A stretch of 62,047 bases of DNA, counting the filler. It is 3 parts of 3 records of this genome, joined end to end, with 100 filler letters (N's around TTAATTAATTAA, not from the genome) between each part and the next. Parts side by side here need not be neighbours in the genome. Positions count along the whole stretch, not along the records: positions 1 to 26,555 come from SRR20825006_2264; positions 26,656 to 49,443 come from SRR20825006_2266; 1 more part is not named here. One strand, given 5' to 3'. Below the pieces are notes generated by a model. It saw only the letters and a program-made list of their open reading frames with translations. It had not been told where the DNA came from and ran no database searches. Shown piece by piece: positions 25,791 to 35,163 of the stretch. Within the stretch, counting starts at the first letter, position 1, and each line of letters opens with the position of its first letter. The translations under genes and the position numbers were made by a program.

Positions 25791-26555
25791 ATGAGCAAAA
25801 CCAAAGAACAAAGAGCAATTGATACCGTAAGAATACTATCGGCAGATGCCGTACAACAAGCTGAGTCCGGACACCCGGGCACAGCAATGGCACTTGCGCC
25901 CATGGGGCATATACTTTGGGCACAGGTGATGGATTATAACCCAAAAAACCCTGATTGGGCCAATCGTGATAGATTCATACTTTCTGCTGGCCATGCCTGT
26001 ATTCTCCAGTACAATTTTTTGTATTTGACAGGGTATGACATCAACATGGATGATTTAAAAGATTTTAGGCAGTTGCATAGCAAAACGGCCGGGCACCCCG
26101 AAAAACACTTGTTGGACGGCGTGGAGGTTACCACAGGGCCGTTGGGCCAAGGTTTTGCTAATGGCGTGGGTATGGCCATTGCCCAAAAATATATGGCCGC
26201 GCGGTTCAACAAACCCGATTTTGATTTATTCGATTATAAGGTGTATGCGATTTGTAGCGATGGAGACCTTATGGAAGGAATAAGTGCGGAAGCTGCTTCG
26301 TTGGCAGGGCATTTAAAGTTGGGCAATATCATTTATTTGTATGATGACAACCATATCTCCATAGAAGGTGACACCAGTATCACATTTTCAGATAACACCT
26401 CCAAACGCTTTCAATCCTATGGATGGCACGTACAGGAACTGGATGATGGTAATAATGTAGAAGCACTCTCCAAAGCAATTATAAAAGCTGGAGAAGAGAG
26501 CGAACGTCCTTCCCTTATAAAGGTACGCACCCATATTGCCTATGGCAGTCCCAAC
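25791..26555 (+). CDS. tkt: Transketolase, N-terminal part (cut by the linker)
   Basis: SGHPG, NRDRFILSAGH, GHPE, TTGPLGQG, SDGDLMEG ThDP motif. Confidence 0.93.
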
Positions 26556-26655
26556 NNNNNNNNNNNNNNNNNNNNNNNNNNNNNNNNNNNNNNNNNNNNT
26601 TAATTAATTAANNNNNNNNNNNNNNNNNNNNNNNNNNNNNNNNNNNNNNNNNNNN
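26556..26655. other. Artificial contig linker
   Basis: 44 N + TTAATTAATTAA (stops in all six frames) + 44 N; genes on both sides are truncated. Confidence 0.98.
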
Positions 26656-26781
26656 ACTAACCGTGTTGGACCAATTAGAAAAACTGTTACCGTTTATTCA
26701 AATGCCAGCGAAACAATGGTGGCTTTAAAAATAAAAGGTGAAGTATTAAAAGAAACAGGCAGTGTTTTGGAAAAAAGCTAA
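26656..26781 (+). CDS. C-terminal fragment of a DUF1573-like protein
   Basis: Hand translation TNRVGPIRKTVTVYSNASETMVALKIKGEVLKETGSVLEKS*. Confidence 0.65.
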   Translation, partial: TNRVGPIRKTVTVYSNASETMVALKIKGEVLKETGSVLEKS

Positions 26782-26801
26782 ATAGCTTACATACAAATCA
26801 G

Positions 26802-26843
26802 AAAATCTGGTTGAAGCATTTGGCTTCAACCAGATTTTTTTTT
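26802..26843. terminator. Bidirectional intrinsic terminator
   Basis: AAAATCTGGTTGAAGC-ATTTG-GCTTCAACCAGATTTT, perfect 16-bp stem between convergent genes. Confidence 0.85.
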
Positions 26844-28170
26844 AAAAAACATTTTTAAGATAGAACTTAGTTTTACTAAATACACCATTTCGTTTAAATT
26901 CTATTGAAATTCGTTTGCCTTCTTCACTGGAAAATACTTCTACTAATTCATATAGTTTATATTGGTAACTAGGTTTTCCATTAATTGAAATTACTTCATC
27001 TCCTTTTAGCATTCCTACTAATGCTGCAGGAGAACCTTCACGAACATCAACTACCACAAACTTAGGAACTAATGAAAATTGAAATTCTGTAGTTACAGAA
27101 ATACTGTTCTGTGAAAAACTTTGATTTGCATTTAATCGATCCGAATTTACAACCGCTTGCTTTTCTTGCTTCACCAGCTCTACACCTTCGTGCTCAAGCG
27201 TTAATCCGCTCATGTTATAATTAAATGGTTTATTAAATTTATGGTTCCTTTTTAAGCGAACAATTTTATTTCCATAATCAAAAGTTACTGTAAACCTACT
27301 TAAAAAACCACCTCCCAAACTTCCGTCTCTATCTTCGTAATAACGTGCTTTTGTTATTGCAGCTTCATCGGGAAATGAAGTGTTTACTTCGTTTAATTGA
27401 AAATCACCAATAATGAGTGTTGGAATTCTTGTACGTTTTCCAAAAATATTTCCGCTAAGTCCGAGGCCTAAAAAGTCTTTAAAATAGTTTTTTGGCGACT
27501 CCTTAATAAACCCACTTCTATCAAAAAGCCAAAGCACATCACTGGAGCCAGAATCTACCAAAAGTTTTACCTCTTCCTGTACTTCATCAGAAGCAGTTTT
27601 TAAAGAAATATATGGCTTCATCCCCACAAAATTTAACGCTAAATCTTCACATTTTTTACATTCTTTTAGCGCATACTTTTTAGGGTTGTATATTGTAATT
27701 ACTTCCGAAGTATAATTAATTTTAACTATGAAATTCTTAAAAAATTCATTACCCAGAATACCATGAATTGGAATCCCCATTCTTGGTGAAAAATTTAGCG
27801 TACTATCAAAAATTATATAGAGAGCATGATTATTATCTATAGCTGCACCTACCTTTATATTGTTGTTTAAACTTTTTAAAGCTGCTACAGACCCACCAGC
27901 ACCTAACCCCTGTAGTTTAACAGGAGAGGTGTTTTTAAGCTGCACACTATCTGCTGCCTCCAAGCTAAATAGTATGGTAGATTTTACGCCCGTATCCAAT
28001 ATAAAAGAAAGCGGGGTTCCATTAACCTCCACTTTAATGATAGGTAGGTTATTTACCAAGCGGAATGGAATGCGATCCTTCTTTTTTGCGTCAGGCATAA
28101 AAAATCCTGTTTGAGCAGATAAAGCAGCACAAAAACAAATAAAAATTAAAATTAATAATGATTTACGCAA
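26842..28170 (-). CDS. Secreted retropepsin-like aspartyl protease with a C-terminal PDZ domain
   Basis: FILDTG and LLVDSG catalytic motifs, GILG, and PDZ-like VREGSPAALVGMLKGDEVISING. Confidence 0.85.
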   Translation of the reverse strand: MRKSLLILIFICFCAALSAQTGFFMPDAKKKDRIPFRLVNNLPIIKVEVNGTPLSFILDTGVKSTILFSLEAADSVQLKNTSPVKLQGLGAGGSVAALKSLNNNIKVGAAIDNNHALYIIFDSTLNFSPRMGIPIHGILGNEFFKNFIVKINYTSEVITIYNPKKYALKECKKCEDLALNFVGMKPYISLKTASDEVQEEVKLLVDSGSSDVLWLFDRSGFIKESPKNYFKDFLGLGLSGNIFGKRTRIPTLIIGDFQLNEVNTSFPDEAAITKARYYEDRDGSLGGGFLSRFTVTFDYGNKIVRLKRNHKFNKPFNYNMSGLTLEHEGVELVKQEKQAVVNSDRLNANQSFSQNSISVTTEFQFSLVPKFVVVDVREGSPAALVGMLKGDEVISINGKPSYQYKLYELVEVFSSEEGKRISIEFKRNGVFSKTKFYLKNVF

Positions 28171-28284
28171 GTTTTTAAGAATTACATTGAATAAACTTGA
28201 AGATATAAAAAAAAGCTGAATGTTGCCATGACCACAATGTATTTATAAAATATATTTCGCAACTTTGCAACAAACAAATTCACT

Positions 28285-29475
28285 ATGCCTTCAGTTTCAA
28301 ACAAAGGGAAAAACATGCCGGAATCACCTATCCGCAAACTGGTTCCCTACGCAGAAAAAGCTTATAAAGCCAATAAAACAGTTTACCACCTTAACATTGG
28401 TCAACCAGATATTAAATCGCCAGACATAGCTATGGAAGCCGTGGCAAACCACCATTTGGAGATTCTCGCTTATACCCGTTCGGAAGGTTCAGAAGAATAT
28501 CGAAAAAAAATTGCAACTTATTATCAAAATAACAACATCCCTGTTCAATCTGATGAAATAGTTGTTACTACCGGCGGTAGTGAAGCTTTATTATTTGCCA
28601 TGGGAAGCATTGCAGATACTGACGATGAAATTATTATCCCAGAACCATTTTATGCAAATTACAACGGCTTTGCAACAGCTTCTGGAGTAAAAATTGTTCC
28701 TGTAAATTCAAAAATTGAAGACAACTTTGCATTGCCTCCTATTTCAGAATTTGAAAAACTTATCACCCCAAAAACAAAGGCGATTCTTATTTGTAATCCT
28801 GGAAACCCAACTGGATACCTTTATTCAAAAGAAGAAATAAAAACTTTGGCTGCAATTGTAAAAAAGCACGATTTGTTTTTAGTTGCTGATGAAGTGTATC
28901 GTGAGTTTACATACGACGGTTACAAACATTACTCCATACTTGAAGAAGAAAGCATGGCTGAAAACGGAATAATTATAGATTCCGTATCTAAAAGGTATAG
29001 TATGTGTGGTGCTCGTATTGGTTGTTTGGTTTCAAAAAACAAACAAGTAATTGCTACAGCTTTAAAATTTGCACAAGCTAGATTGAGCCCGCCAACTTTT
29101 GCACAAATTGCAAGTGAAGCAGCACTTCAAACTCCGCAAATATATTTTGATGAAGTAATTACGGAATATCAGGACAGAAGAAACACCTTAGTAGCTGCGT
29201 TAAAAGCTATTCCAGGCGTACAAGTAGGCGAACCAAAAGGTGCTTTTTATTGTATTGTTCAACTACCTATAAAAAATAGTGATGCTTTTGCTCAATGGCT
29301 TTTAGAGGAATTTGATGACAATGGCGAAACCATTATGGTTGCTCCTGCAGCAGGTTTTTACTCTACTCCGGGTATAGGTTTGAACCAAGTTCGAATTGCT
29401 TATGTTTTGAAAAAAGAAAGCCTTATTAGAGCTGTTGAAATCTTAAAACTTGCACTTCAAAAATACAAGGATTGA
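28285..29475 (+). CDS. PLP-dependent class I/II aminotransferase (aspartate aminotransferase-like)
   Basis: LNIGQPD, CNPGNPTG, DEVY, SVSKRYSMCGARIG. Confidence 0.92.
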   Translation: MPSVSNKGKNMPESPIRKLVPYAEKAYKANKTVYHLNIGQPDIKSPDIAMEAVANHHLEILAYTRSEGSEEYRKKIATYYQNNNIPVQSDEIVVTTGGSEALLFAMGSIADTDDEIIIPEPFYANYNGFATASGVKIVPVNSKIEDNFALPPISEFEKLITPKTKAILICNPGNPTGYLYSKEEIKTLAAIVKKHDLFLVADEVYREFTYDGYKHYSILEEESMAENGIIIDSVSKRYSMCGARIGCLVSKNKQVIATALKFAQARLSPPTFAQIASEAALQTPQIYFDEVITEYQDRRNTLVAALKAIPGVQVGEPKGAFYCIVQLPIKNSDAFAQWLLEEFDDNGETIMVAPAAGFYSTPGIGLNQVRIAYVLKKESLIRAVEILKLALQKYKD

Positions 29476-30488
29476 TGCGAATTGAAGAAAACAAATCGCT
29501 TAAAACCTACAATACTTTCGGAATAGATTGCAACGCGCGCTATTTTGTTTCAATTGAAACTATTGATGAATTAAAAAAAGTGCTTTCTGAAAAACCTTCA
29601 GAAGCACTTTTTATTCTTGGGGGAGGGAGCAACATGTTGCTCACCAAAGATTTAAACGCATTTGTACTTCACATAAATTTAAAGGGAATAGAAATCCTTG
29701 AAGAGACCGACACCCAAGTTATAGTAAAAGCAATGGCTGGCGAAAACTGGCATGAATTTGTTCAATATTGCATTGAAAAAGATTTTGGCGGACTTGAAAA
29801 TTTATCATTAATTCCTGGAAACGTTGGTACAGCTCCCATTCAAAACATAGGTGCTTATGGCGTTGAACTAAAAGACACTTTTGAAAGTTGCACCGTTCTT
29901 GAAATTGAAACTTTAAAAGAAAGTATTTTCACAAAAGAAGAATGCGCTTTTGGTTACCGAAATTCAATTTTCAAAAATGAAGCAAAAGGAAAATTTATTA
30001 TTACAAGTGTCACGTTTCGATTAACAAAAAGCAATCATAAAACAAGTATTTCATACGGCGATATTCAGAAAAACTTAACCGACAGAAATATTCAAGAACC
30101 ATCAATTAAAGCTATTTCAGAAGCTGTTATCGCCATTCGGCAATCGAAACTTCCAGATCCAAAAGTATTAGGAAATAGCGGTAGTTTTTTTAAAAACCCC
30201 GTTGTACCATCAGAAACATTTAAAGAATTTAGACGGAAGTTTCCGGAAGCTCCTTTTTATGAAATTTCACCAATAGAGTTTAAAATTCCTGCTGGTTGGT
30301 TAATAGAAAATGCTGGTTTTAAAGGCAAACGTTTTGGTGATGCTGGTGTTCATAAAAACCAAGCTCTTGTTTTGGTTAATTATGCAAACGCAACAGGCAA
30401 AGAAATTTGGCAACTGGCAATGGATATTCAAAAAAAGGTAAAAGAAACAACCGGAATCTTTATTGAACCAGAAGTAAATGTTTTCTAA
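29472..30488 (+). CDS. murB: UDP-N-acetylenolpyruvoylglucosamine reductase
   Basis: NTFGI, LGGGSN, GLENLSLIPG, QNIGAYG, FGYRNSIFK, GNSGSFFKNP, EPEV. Confidence 0.96.
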   Translation: MMRIEENKSLKTYNTFGIDCNARYFVSIETIDELKKVLSEKPSEALFILGGGSNMLLTKDLNAFVLHINLKGIEILEETDTQVIVKAMAGENWHEFVQYCIEKDFGGLENLSLIPGNVGTAPIQNIGAYGVELKDTFESCTVLEIETLKESIFTKEECAFGYRNSIFKNEAKGKFIITSVTFRLTKSNHKTSISYGDIQKNLTDRNIQEPSIKAISEAVIAIRQSKLPDPKVLGNSGSFFKNPVVPSETFKEFRRKFPEAPFYEISPIEFKIPAGWLIENAGFKGKRFGDAGVHKNQALVLVNYANATGKEIWQLAMDIQKKVKETTGIFIEPEVNVF

Positions 30489-31102
30489 TTAGCATTTAGC
30501 ACACCATCAACAATATAAACTACGCCGTTAGCGCCTTCAATATCAGCTTTTATAACTTTTACTTTAGAACCTTTTCCATCAGAAATATATAAATCCTCTC
30601 CTGTTTTTGTGGCTATCAAATTAATTCCAGCTAATGTTTCCAACTTGGCTTTTCCTGTAGCCGCAATTTTTTGAGTTAATGCTACAGCATCAAGCTTTTC
30701 ATTTAGAATATGAGACTTTAGCATTTCCTCCAGCTTGACTTTATTAGTTGGCATTGCAAAGAATTTTTTCCTTTCATCCGAAAAATTTTCGAATGCAACA
30801 TCCGCAGGTGCAAAAACAGTAAGTGATTCCTTGTCACTAAAAAGCAACTCAGAAATCTCTGCTGTAACCGAATAACTTGCAAATTTTTTCAGCTGAGGAT
30901 CTGTCATTATACGAGCCATAACGCTACGTATTTCAGCAATATCTTGAGATGTTAACTCTTTCTTTGATGAATTATTTGGAGTAACATTTTCTGAAACACT
31001 TTCTGGACTACTTATATTCTCTTGATTTTGTGTTTCATCCTTACATGAAAATACTGTAAATATTAACGTAAAAATCAATAGGTAAGAGAATGGTTTTTGC
31101 AT
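30485..31102 (-). CDS. Fasciclin (FAS1) domain lipoprotein
   Basis: Lipobox VFSC; TVFAPADVAF and DIEGANGVVYIVDGVL motifs. Confidence 0.85.
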   Translation of the reverse strand: MQKPFSYLLIFTLIFTVFSCKDETQNQENISSPESVSENVTPNNSSKKELTSQDIAEIRSVMARIMTDPQLKKFASYSVTAEISELLFSDKESLTVFAPADVAFENFSDERKKFFAMPTNKVKLEEMLKSHILNEKLDAVALTQKIAATGKAKLETLAGINLIATKTGEDLYISDGKGSKVKVIKADIEGANGVVYIVDGVLNAN

Positions 31103-31167
31103 CGTTAAAATTTTTAAAATGAAAGCTAAAAATACTTAAATTCTGAGCAAAACAATAAGAAAGATTG

Positions 31168-31175
31168 TACTTTTG
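31168..31175 (+). promoter_or_regulatory. Candidate -7 promoter element TACTTTTG
   Basis: TAnnTTTG match 17 nt before the ATG at 31193. Confidence 0.5.
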
Positions 31176-31192
31176 TAGCTTAAAATAAAGTC

Positions 31193-31417
31193 ATGAAGCT
31201 TTTACTTATTACCTTAGTATTATTACTGCTTGGTGTAGCTGGTATTGCCATTAAAATTTGGGCAAAAAAAGACGGAAAATTTGCTGGTACCTGCGCCAGT
31301 CAGAGTCCTTTTTTGAACAAAGACGGTGAAGCCTGTGGTTTCTGTGGAAAAACTCCAGATCAATTTGAAGATTGTTCCGGTGAAAATTCCGAAACGCAAA
31401 TTCCAAATTCCAAATAA
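31193..31417 (+). CDS. Small membrane-anchored Cys-rich protein
   Basis: N-terminal TM helix, then GTCAS...CGFCG...C. Confidence 0.75.
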   Translation: MKLLLITLVLLLLGVAGIAIKIWAKKDGKFAGTCASQSPFLNKDGEACGFCGKTPDQFEDCSGENSETQIPNSK

Positions 31418-31490
31418 AGACAGCATTGTTTTTCGCTCTAATGTGTCTGTATTTTGGAAGCACTCTTAACTCCTAATATATAACTATCAA

Positions 31491-32585
31491 ATGGTGCTAT
31501 TATATGTTTTCGGCGCAGTTGCGTTGATTAACTGTGCTTTTTACCTTCTATTTTCGAAATTTTCCCTTCTAAAACCTTCAGAAAAAAGGGTTTCGGAAAA
31601 ACACCCTGTATCCCTTATTGTTTGTGCCAAAAATGAAGCAGAAAACTTAAAAAAGAATATCCCCCTTTGGCAAGAACAAAATTATCCTCATTTTGATATT
31701 ATTCTTATAAATGATGCTTCTATAGATGAAACATTGGATGTTATGGAGGATTTTGCTAAAGACGATCCTCGCATTCAAATTGTAAACGTAAAAAACAACG
31801 AAGCTTTTTGGGCCAGTAAAAAATATGCACTCACATTAGGCATTAAGCGTTCAAAAAACACGCGGCTTATATTTACGGACGCTGATTGTTACCCAGCTTC
31901 AAATAATTGGCTCTCTATAATGGTTTCAAATTTTTCAAATGAAAAACAACTTGTTTTAGGTTATGGAGCTTATGAAAAAAAACCTGGATTTTTAAACAAA
32001 CTCATCCGTTTTGAAACCTTGATGACGGCGGTTCAATATTTCTCATATGCTAAAGCTGGCACACCATACATGGGTGTCGGTAGAAATTTAGCCTATACCA
32101 GTAATCTGTATTATGAAAATAATGGTTTTATGAGCCATATAAAAGTAGCTTCTGGCGATGATGACCTTTTTGTAAATGAAGCCGGAACATCAACAAACAC
32201 TGAAATATGTGTAGATCCAGACGCTTTTACCTATTCATTTCCAAAGAAGAAAAAGAAAAATTGGCATATTCAGAAAAAGAGACATTATACAACGGCAAAG
32301 CTTTACAAACCCAAACATCGGTTTTTATTAGGTACTTATTACCTCTTTAAATTACTATTTTGGCTTTTAACACCGATTGTATTATTCACTGATTTTTGGA
32401 TATTTGGATTGGGAATACTATTCATTCGAATTCTTTTTCAATACATAATTGTTGGTTCTGCAGCCAAAAAATTACATGAAAATGATTTAATTCCACTTAT
32501 TCCTTTTTATGAATTGTTTTTAATCTTCACACAATTAAGTATCTTTATTTCCAACAGCGGTGAAAAAAGCGCGCGATGGAAATAA
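31491..32585 (+). CDS. Glycosyltransferase family 2, membrane-bound
   Basis: IVCAKNE, INDAS.D, FTDADC, SGDDDL, QKKRH; TM helices at both ends. Confidence 0.9.
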   Translation: MVLLYVFGAVALINCAFYLLFSKFSLLKPSEKRVSEKHPVSLIVCAKNEAENLKKNIPLWQEQNYPHFDIILINDASIDETLDVMEDFAKDDPRIQIVNVKNNEAFWASKKYALTLGIKRSKNTRLIFTDADCYPASNNWLSIMVSNFSNEKQLVLGYGAYEKKPGFLNKLIRFETLMTAVQYFSYAKAGTPYMGVGRNLAYTSNLYYENNGFMSHIKVASGDDDLFVNEAGTSTNTEICVDPDAFTYSFPKKKKKNWHIQKKRHYTTAKLYKPKHRFLLGTYYLFKLLFWLLTPIVLFTDFWIFGLGILFIRILFQYIIVGSAAKKLHENDLIPLIPFYELFLIFTQLSIFISNSGEKSARWK

Positions 32586-33142
32586 CTACAGAAGAAATTA
32601 CATATCAAATAGAAAAGGCGAAAAAAGGAGAGCAGGGCGCTTTCAAGTTTTTGCTCGACTATTACTGGAATTCAGTGTATGGTTTTCAACTGAAAAGAGT
32701 GCGAAATGAACATGAAGCAGAAGATATTACCATCGAAACTTTTGCCAAAGCCTTTGATAAAATCGAAACTTTTAATGAAAATTATACATTTTCTACTTGG
32801 CTTATTACAATTTCAAAAAACATACAAATAGACCGTTCACGAAAAAAAAATGCATCTATTTTTATAAATACCACAGACACTTCAAACGAGCAGATTCAAA
32901 AAATTGCAGACCACTCGCCTACTCCAGAAGACAAATTGATTCGAGAACAAAATCTTGCGGAATTACTACGCTACATAAAGCAATTAAAGCCGCATTACCA
33001 AGACGTTATAAATTTGCGATATTTTCAAGAATTGAGTTATAATGAAATTTCAGAAACGCTGAAAGAGCCTTTAAACAATGTAAAAGTAAGACTACTTAGA
33101 GCACGAAAATTACTTTCTGAAATTATTACTCAAAAAGGATAA
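32576..33142 (+). CDS. ECF-type sigma-70 factor
   Basis: AEDITIETF.KAF, FSTWLITISKN, LSYNEISE...VKVRLLRAR. Confidence 0.92.
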   Translation: MEITTEEITYQIEKAKKGEQGAFKFLLDYYWNSVYGFQLKRVRNEHEAEDITIETFAKAFDKIETFNENYTFSTWLITISKNIQIDRSRKKNASIFINTTDTSNEQIQKIADHSPTPEDKLIREQNLAELLRYIKQLKPHYQDVINLRYFQELSYNEISETLKEPLNNVKVRLLRARKLLSEIITQKG

Positions 33143-33239
33143 AAGCTAAAATTGTAAGATAAATCCTATATTTTTCCACATCCCATCTATTAATATTTTT
33201 CTTCTCATTTCTTTGTTCTTTTTTCGTGTTTCATTTTCG

Positions 33240-33247
33240 TACTTTTG
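33240..33247 (+). promoter_or_regulatory. Candidate -7 promoter element TACTTTTG for lipA
   Basis: TAnnTTTG 8 nt before ATG 33256, supporting that start over 33226. Confidence 0.5.
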
Positions 33248-33255
33248 TTACCCTT

Positions 33256-34128
33256 ATGAGCACAGAAACTTTGGATCTTCAAAAACCTGCGCCAAAACCA
33301 AAATGGTTGCGCGTTAAACTTCCCACCGGAAAAAAATATACCGAACTTCGTGGATTGGTAGACAAATATAAGCTGCACACTATTTGCGCTTCTGGAAGCT
33401 GCCCAAATATGGGAGAATGCTGGGGAGAAGGCACCGCAACTTTTATGATTTTAGGAAACATCTGCACCCGTTCTTGTGGATTTTGCGGTGTAAAAACCGG
33501 CCGTCCAGAAACTATAGATTGGGACGAACCTGAGAAAGTTGCCCGCTCCATAAAGATTATGGATATAAAACATGCGGTTATAACCTCGGTAGATCGAGAT
33601 GATTTAAAAGATATGGGTTCTATTATTTGGGCCGAAACTGTTAAAGCAATTCGAAGAATGAACCCAACAACCACATTGGAAACTTTAATCCCAGATTTCC
33701 AAGGAAATACTAGAAACATAGACCGAATTATTGCCGTTAAACCAGAAGTAGTAAGCCATAATATGGAAACTGTAAAAAGGCTAACACGCGAAGTACGCAT
33801 ACAAGCAAAATACGAAAGAAGCCTTGAAGTTTTAAATTATTTAAAACAATCGGGCATGCCACGTACAAAAAGTGGAATTATGCTCGGTCTTGGTGAAAAA
33901 GAAGCTGAAGTTTTACAAACCATGGAAGATTTAAAAAACATTGGACTAGACATTTTAACTATTGGTCAATACTTACAACCTTCCAAAAAGCACTTGCCTG
34001 TTAAAGAATTTATTACTCCAGAGCAGTTTAAAAAGTATGAAACTGTTGGTTTAGAAATGGGCTTCCGTCATGTAGAAAGTGGCGCCTTAGTGCGATCTTC
34101 CTACAAAGCACAAAAACACCTTACCTAA
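33256..34128 (+). CDS. lipA: Lipoyl synthase
   Basis: [20 protein letters not shown], radical-SAM [13 protein letters not shown]. Confidence 0.97.
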   Translation: MSTETLDLQKPAPKPKWLRVKLPTGKKYTELRGLVDKYKLHTICASGSCPNMGECWGEGTATFMILGNICTRSCGFCGVKTGRPETIDWDEPEKVARSIKIMDIKHAVITSVDRDDLKDMGSIIWAETVKAIRRMNPTTTLETLIPDFQGNTRNIDRIIAVKPEVVSHNMETVKRLTREVRIQAKYERSLEVLNYLKQSGMPRTKSGIMLGLGEKEAEVLQTMEDLKNIGLDILTIGQYLQPSKKHLPVKEFITPEQFKKYETVGLEMGFRHVESGALVRSSYKAQKHLT

Positions 34129-34136
34129 TTACAACA

Positions 34137-35135
34137 ATGGAAAAGAAAACAACTGTTGGTATAAATGGATTTGGGCGTATTGGTCGAAATGTTTTTAGGT
34201 TATTGTTGAATCATCCTTCAATTGAAGTAGTTGCTGTAAATGATTTGGCAGACACAAAAACACTGAGCCATCTATTAAAGTACGACAGCATCCACGGAGT
34301 TTTAAAAGAAGAAATTTCGCATTCAGCAAATGAAATTTCGGTTGCTGGAAAAAAAGTAAAATTTTCTTCTGAAAAAAATATTGAAGCGATTCATTGGGGC
34401 GACCTTGATGTAGTTGTAGAAAGTACGGGGAAATTTAAAAGTAAAGAGCAGCTAGAAAATCATATTAAAAATGGTGCTAAAAAGGTTATCCTTTCCGTTC
34501 CCCCTTTAGATGATGATATAAAAACAATTGTACTCGGGGTTAACGATGCTATCTTGAAGGCGGAGGATTTAATTATTTCAAACGCATCTTGTACTACCAA
34601 TAATGCAGCGCCGATGCTAAAAATAATAGACGAGCTCTGCGGGATTGAACAAGCATACATTACCACCGTACACTCCTATACCACAGACCAAAGTTTGCAT
34701 GATCAGCCACATCGTGACCTTCGGCGTGCTCGTGCTGCAGGACAATCTATTGTTCCAACAACAACTGGGGCAGCGAAAGCATTAACCAAAATTTTCCCAA
34801 ACCTATCTGATGTTATTGGAGGGTGCGGAATTCGTGTTCCTGTGCCCGACGGATCCCTGACAGATGTTACCTTGAATGTAAAAAAAGAGGTTTCTATTGA
34901 AGAGATTAATAACGCCTTTAAAAAAGCTTCAAAAGAAACTATGATTGGTATTATTGAATATACTGAAGACCCAATAGTTTCAATAGATATTGTTGGAAAT
35001 ACCCACTCCTGTATTTTTGATGCTGGCATGACCTCAGTGATTGGAAAAATGGTAAAAATAATTGGTTGGTATGATAATGAAATTGGCTATTCTTCCAGAA
35101 TAATAGATTTAATAGACAGAATTTCATTGAAATAA
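34137..35135 (+). CDS. gap: Glyceraldehyde-3-phosphate dehydrogenase
   Basis: GINGFGRIGR, SNASCTTN, PTTTGAAKA, WYDNE. Confidence 0.96.
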   Translation: MEKKTTVGINGFGRIGRNVFRLLLNHPSIEVVAVNDLADTKTLSHLLKYDSIHGVLKEEISHSANEISVAGKKVKFSSEKNIEAIHWGDLDVVVESTGKFKSKEQLENHIKNGAKKVILSVPPLDDDIKTIVLGVNDAILKAEDLIISNASCTTNNAAPMLKIIDELCGIEQAYITTVHSYTTDQSLHDQPHRDLRRARAAGQSIVPTTTGAAKALTKIFPNLSDVIGGCGIRVPVPDGSLTDVTLNVKKEVSIEEINNAFKKASKETMIGIIEYTEDPIVSIDIVGNTHSCIFDAGMTSVIGKMVKIIGWYDNEIGYSSRIIDLIDRISLK

Positions 35136-35163
35136 CTATATTTATTGTACTTTAAATTAACTG

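Noticed and set aside
26600-26611. TTAATTAATTAA palindrome (also at 49488-49499) as a biological site
   Set aside because: It is centred in N runs of identical length and encodes stops in all frames: an assembly spacer.
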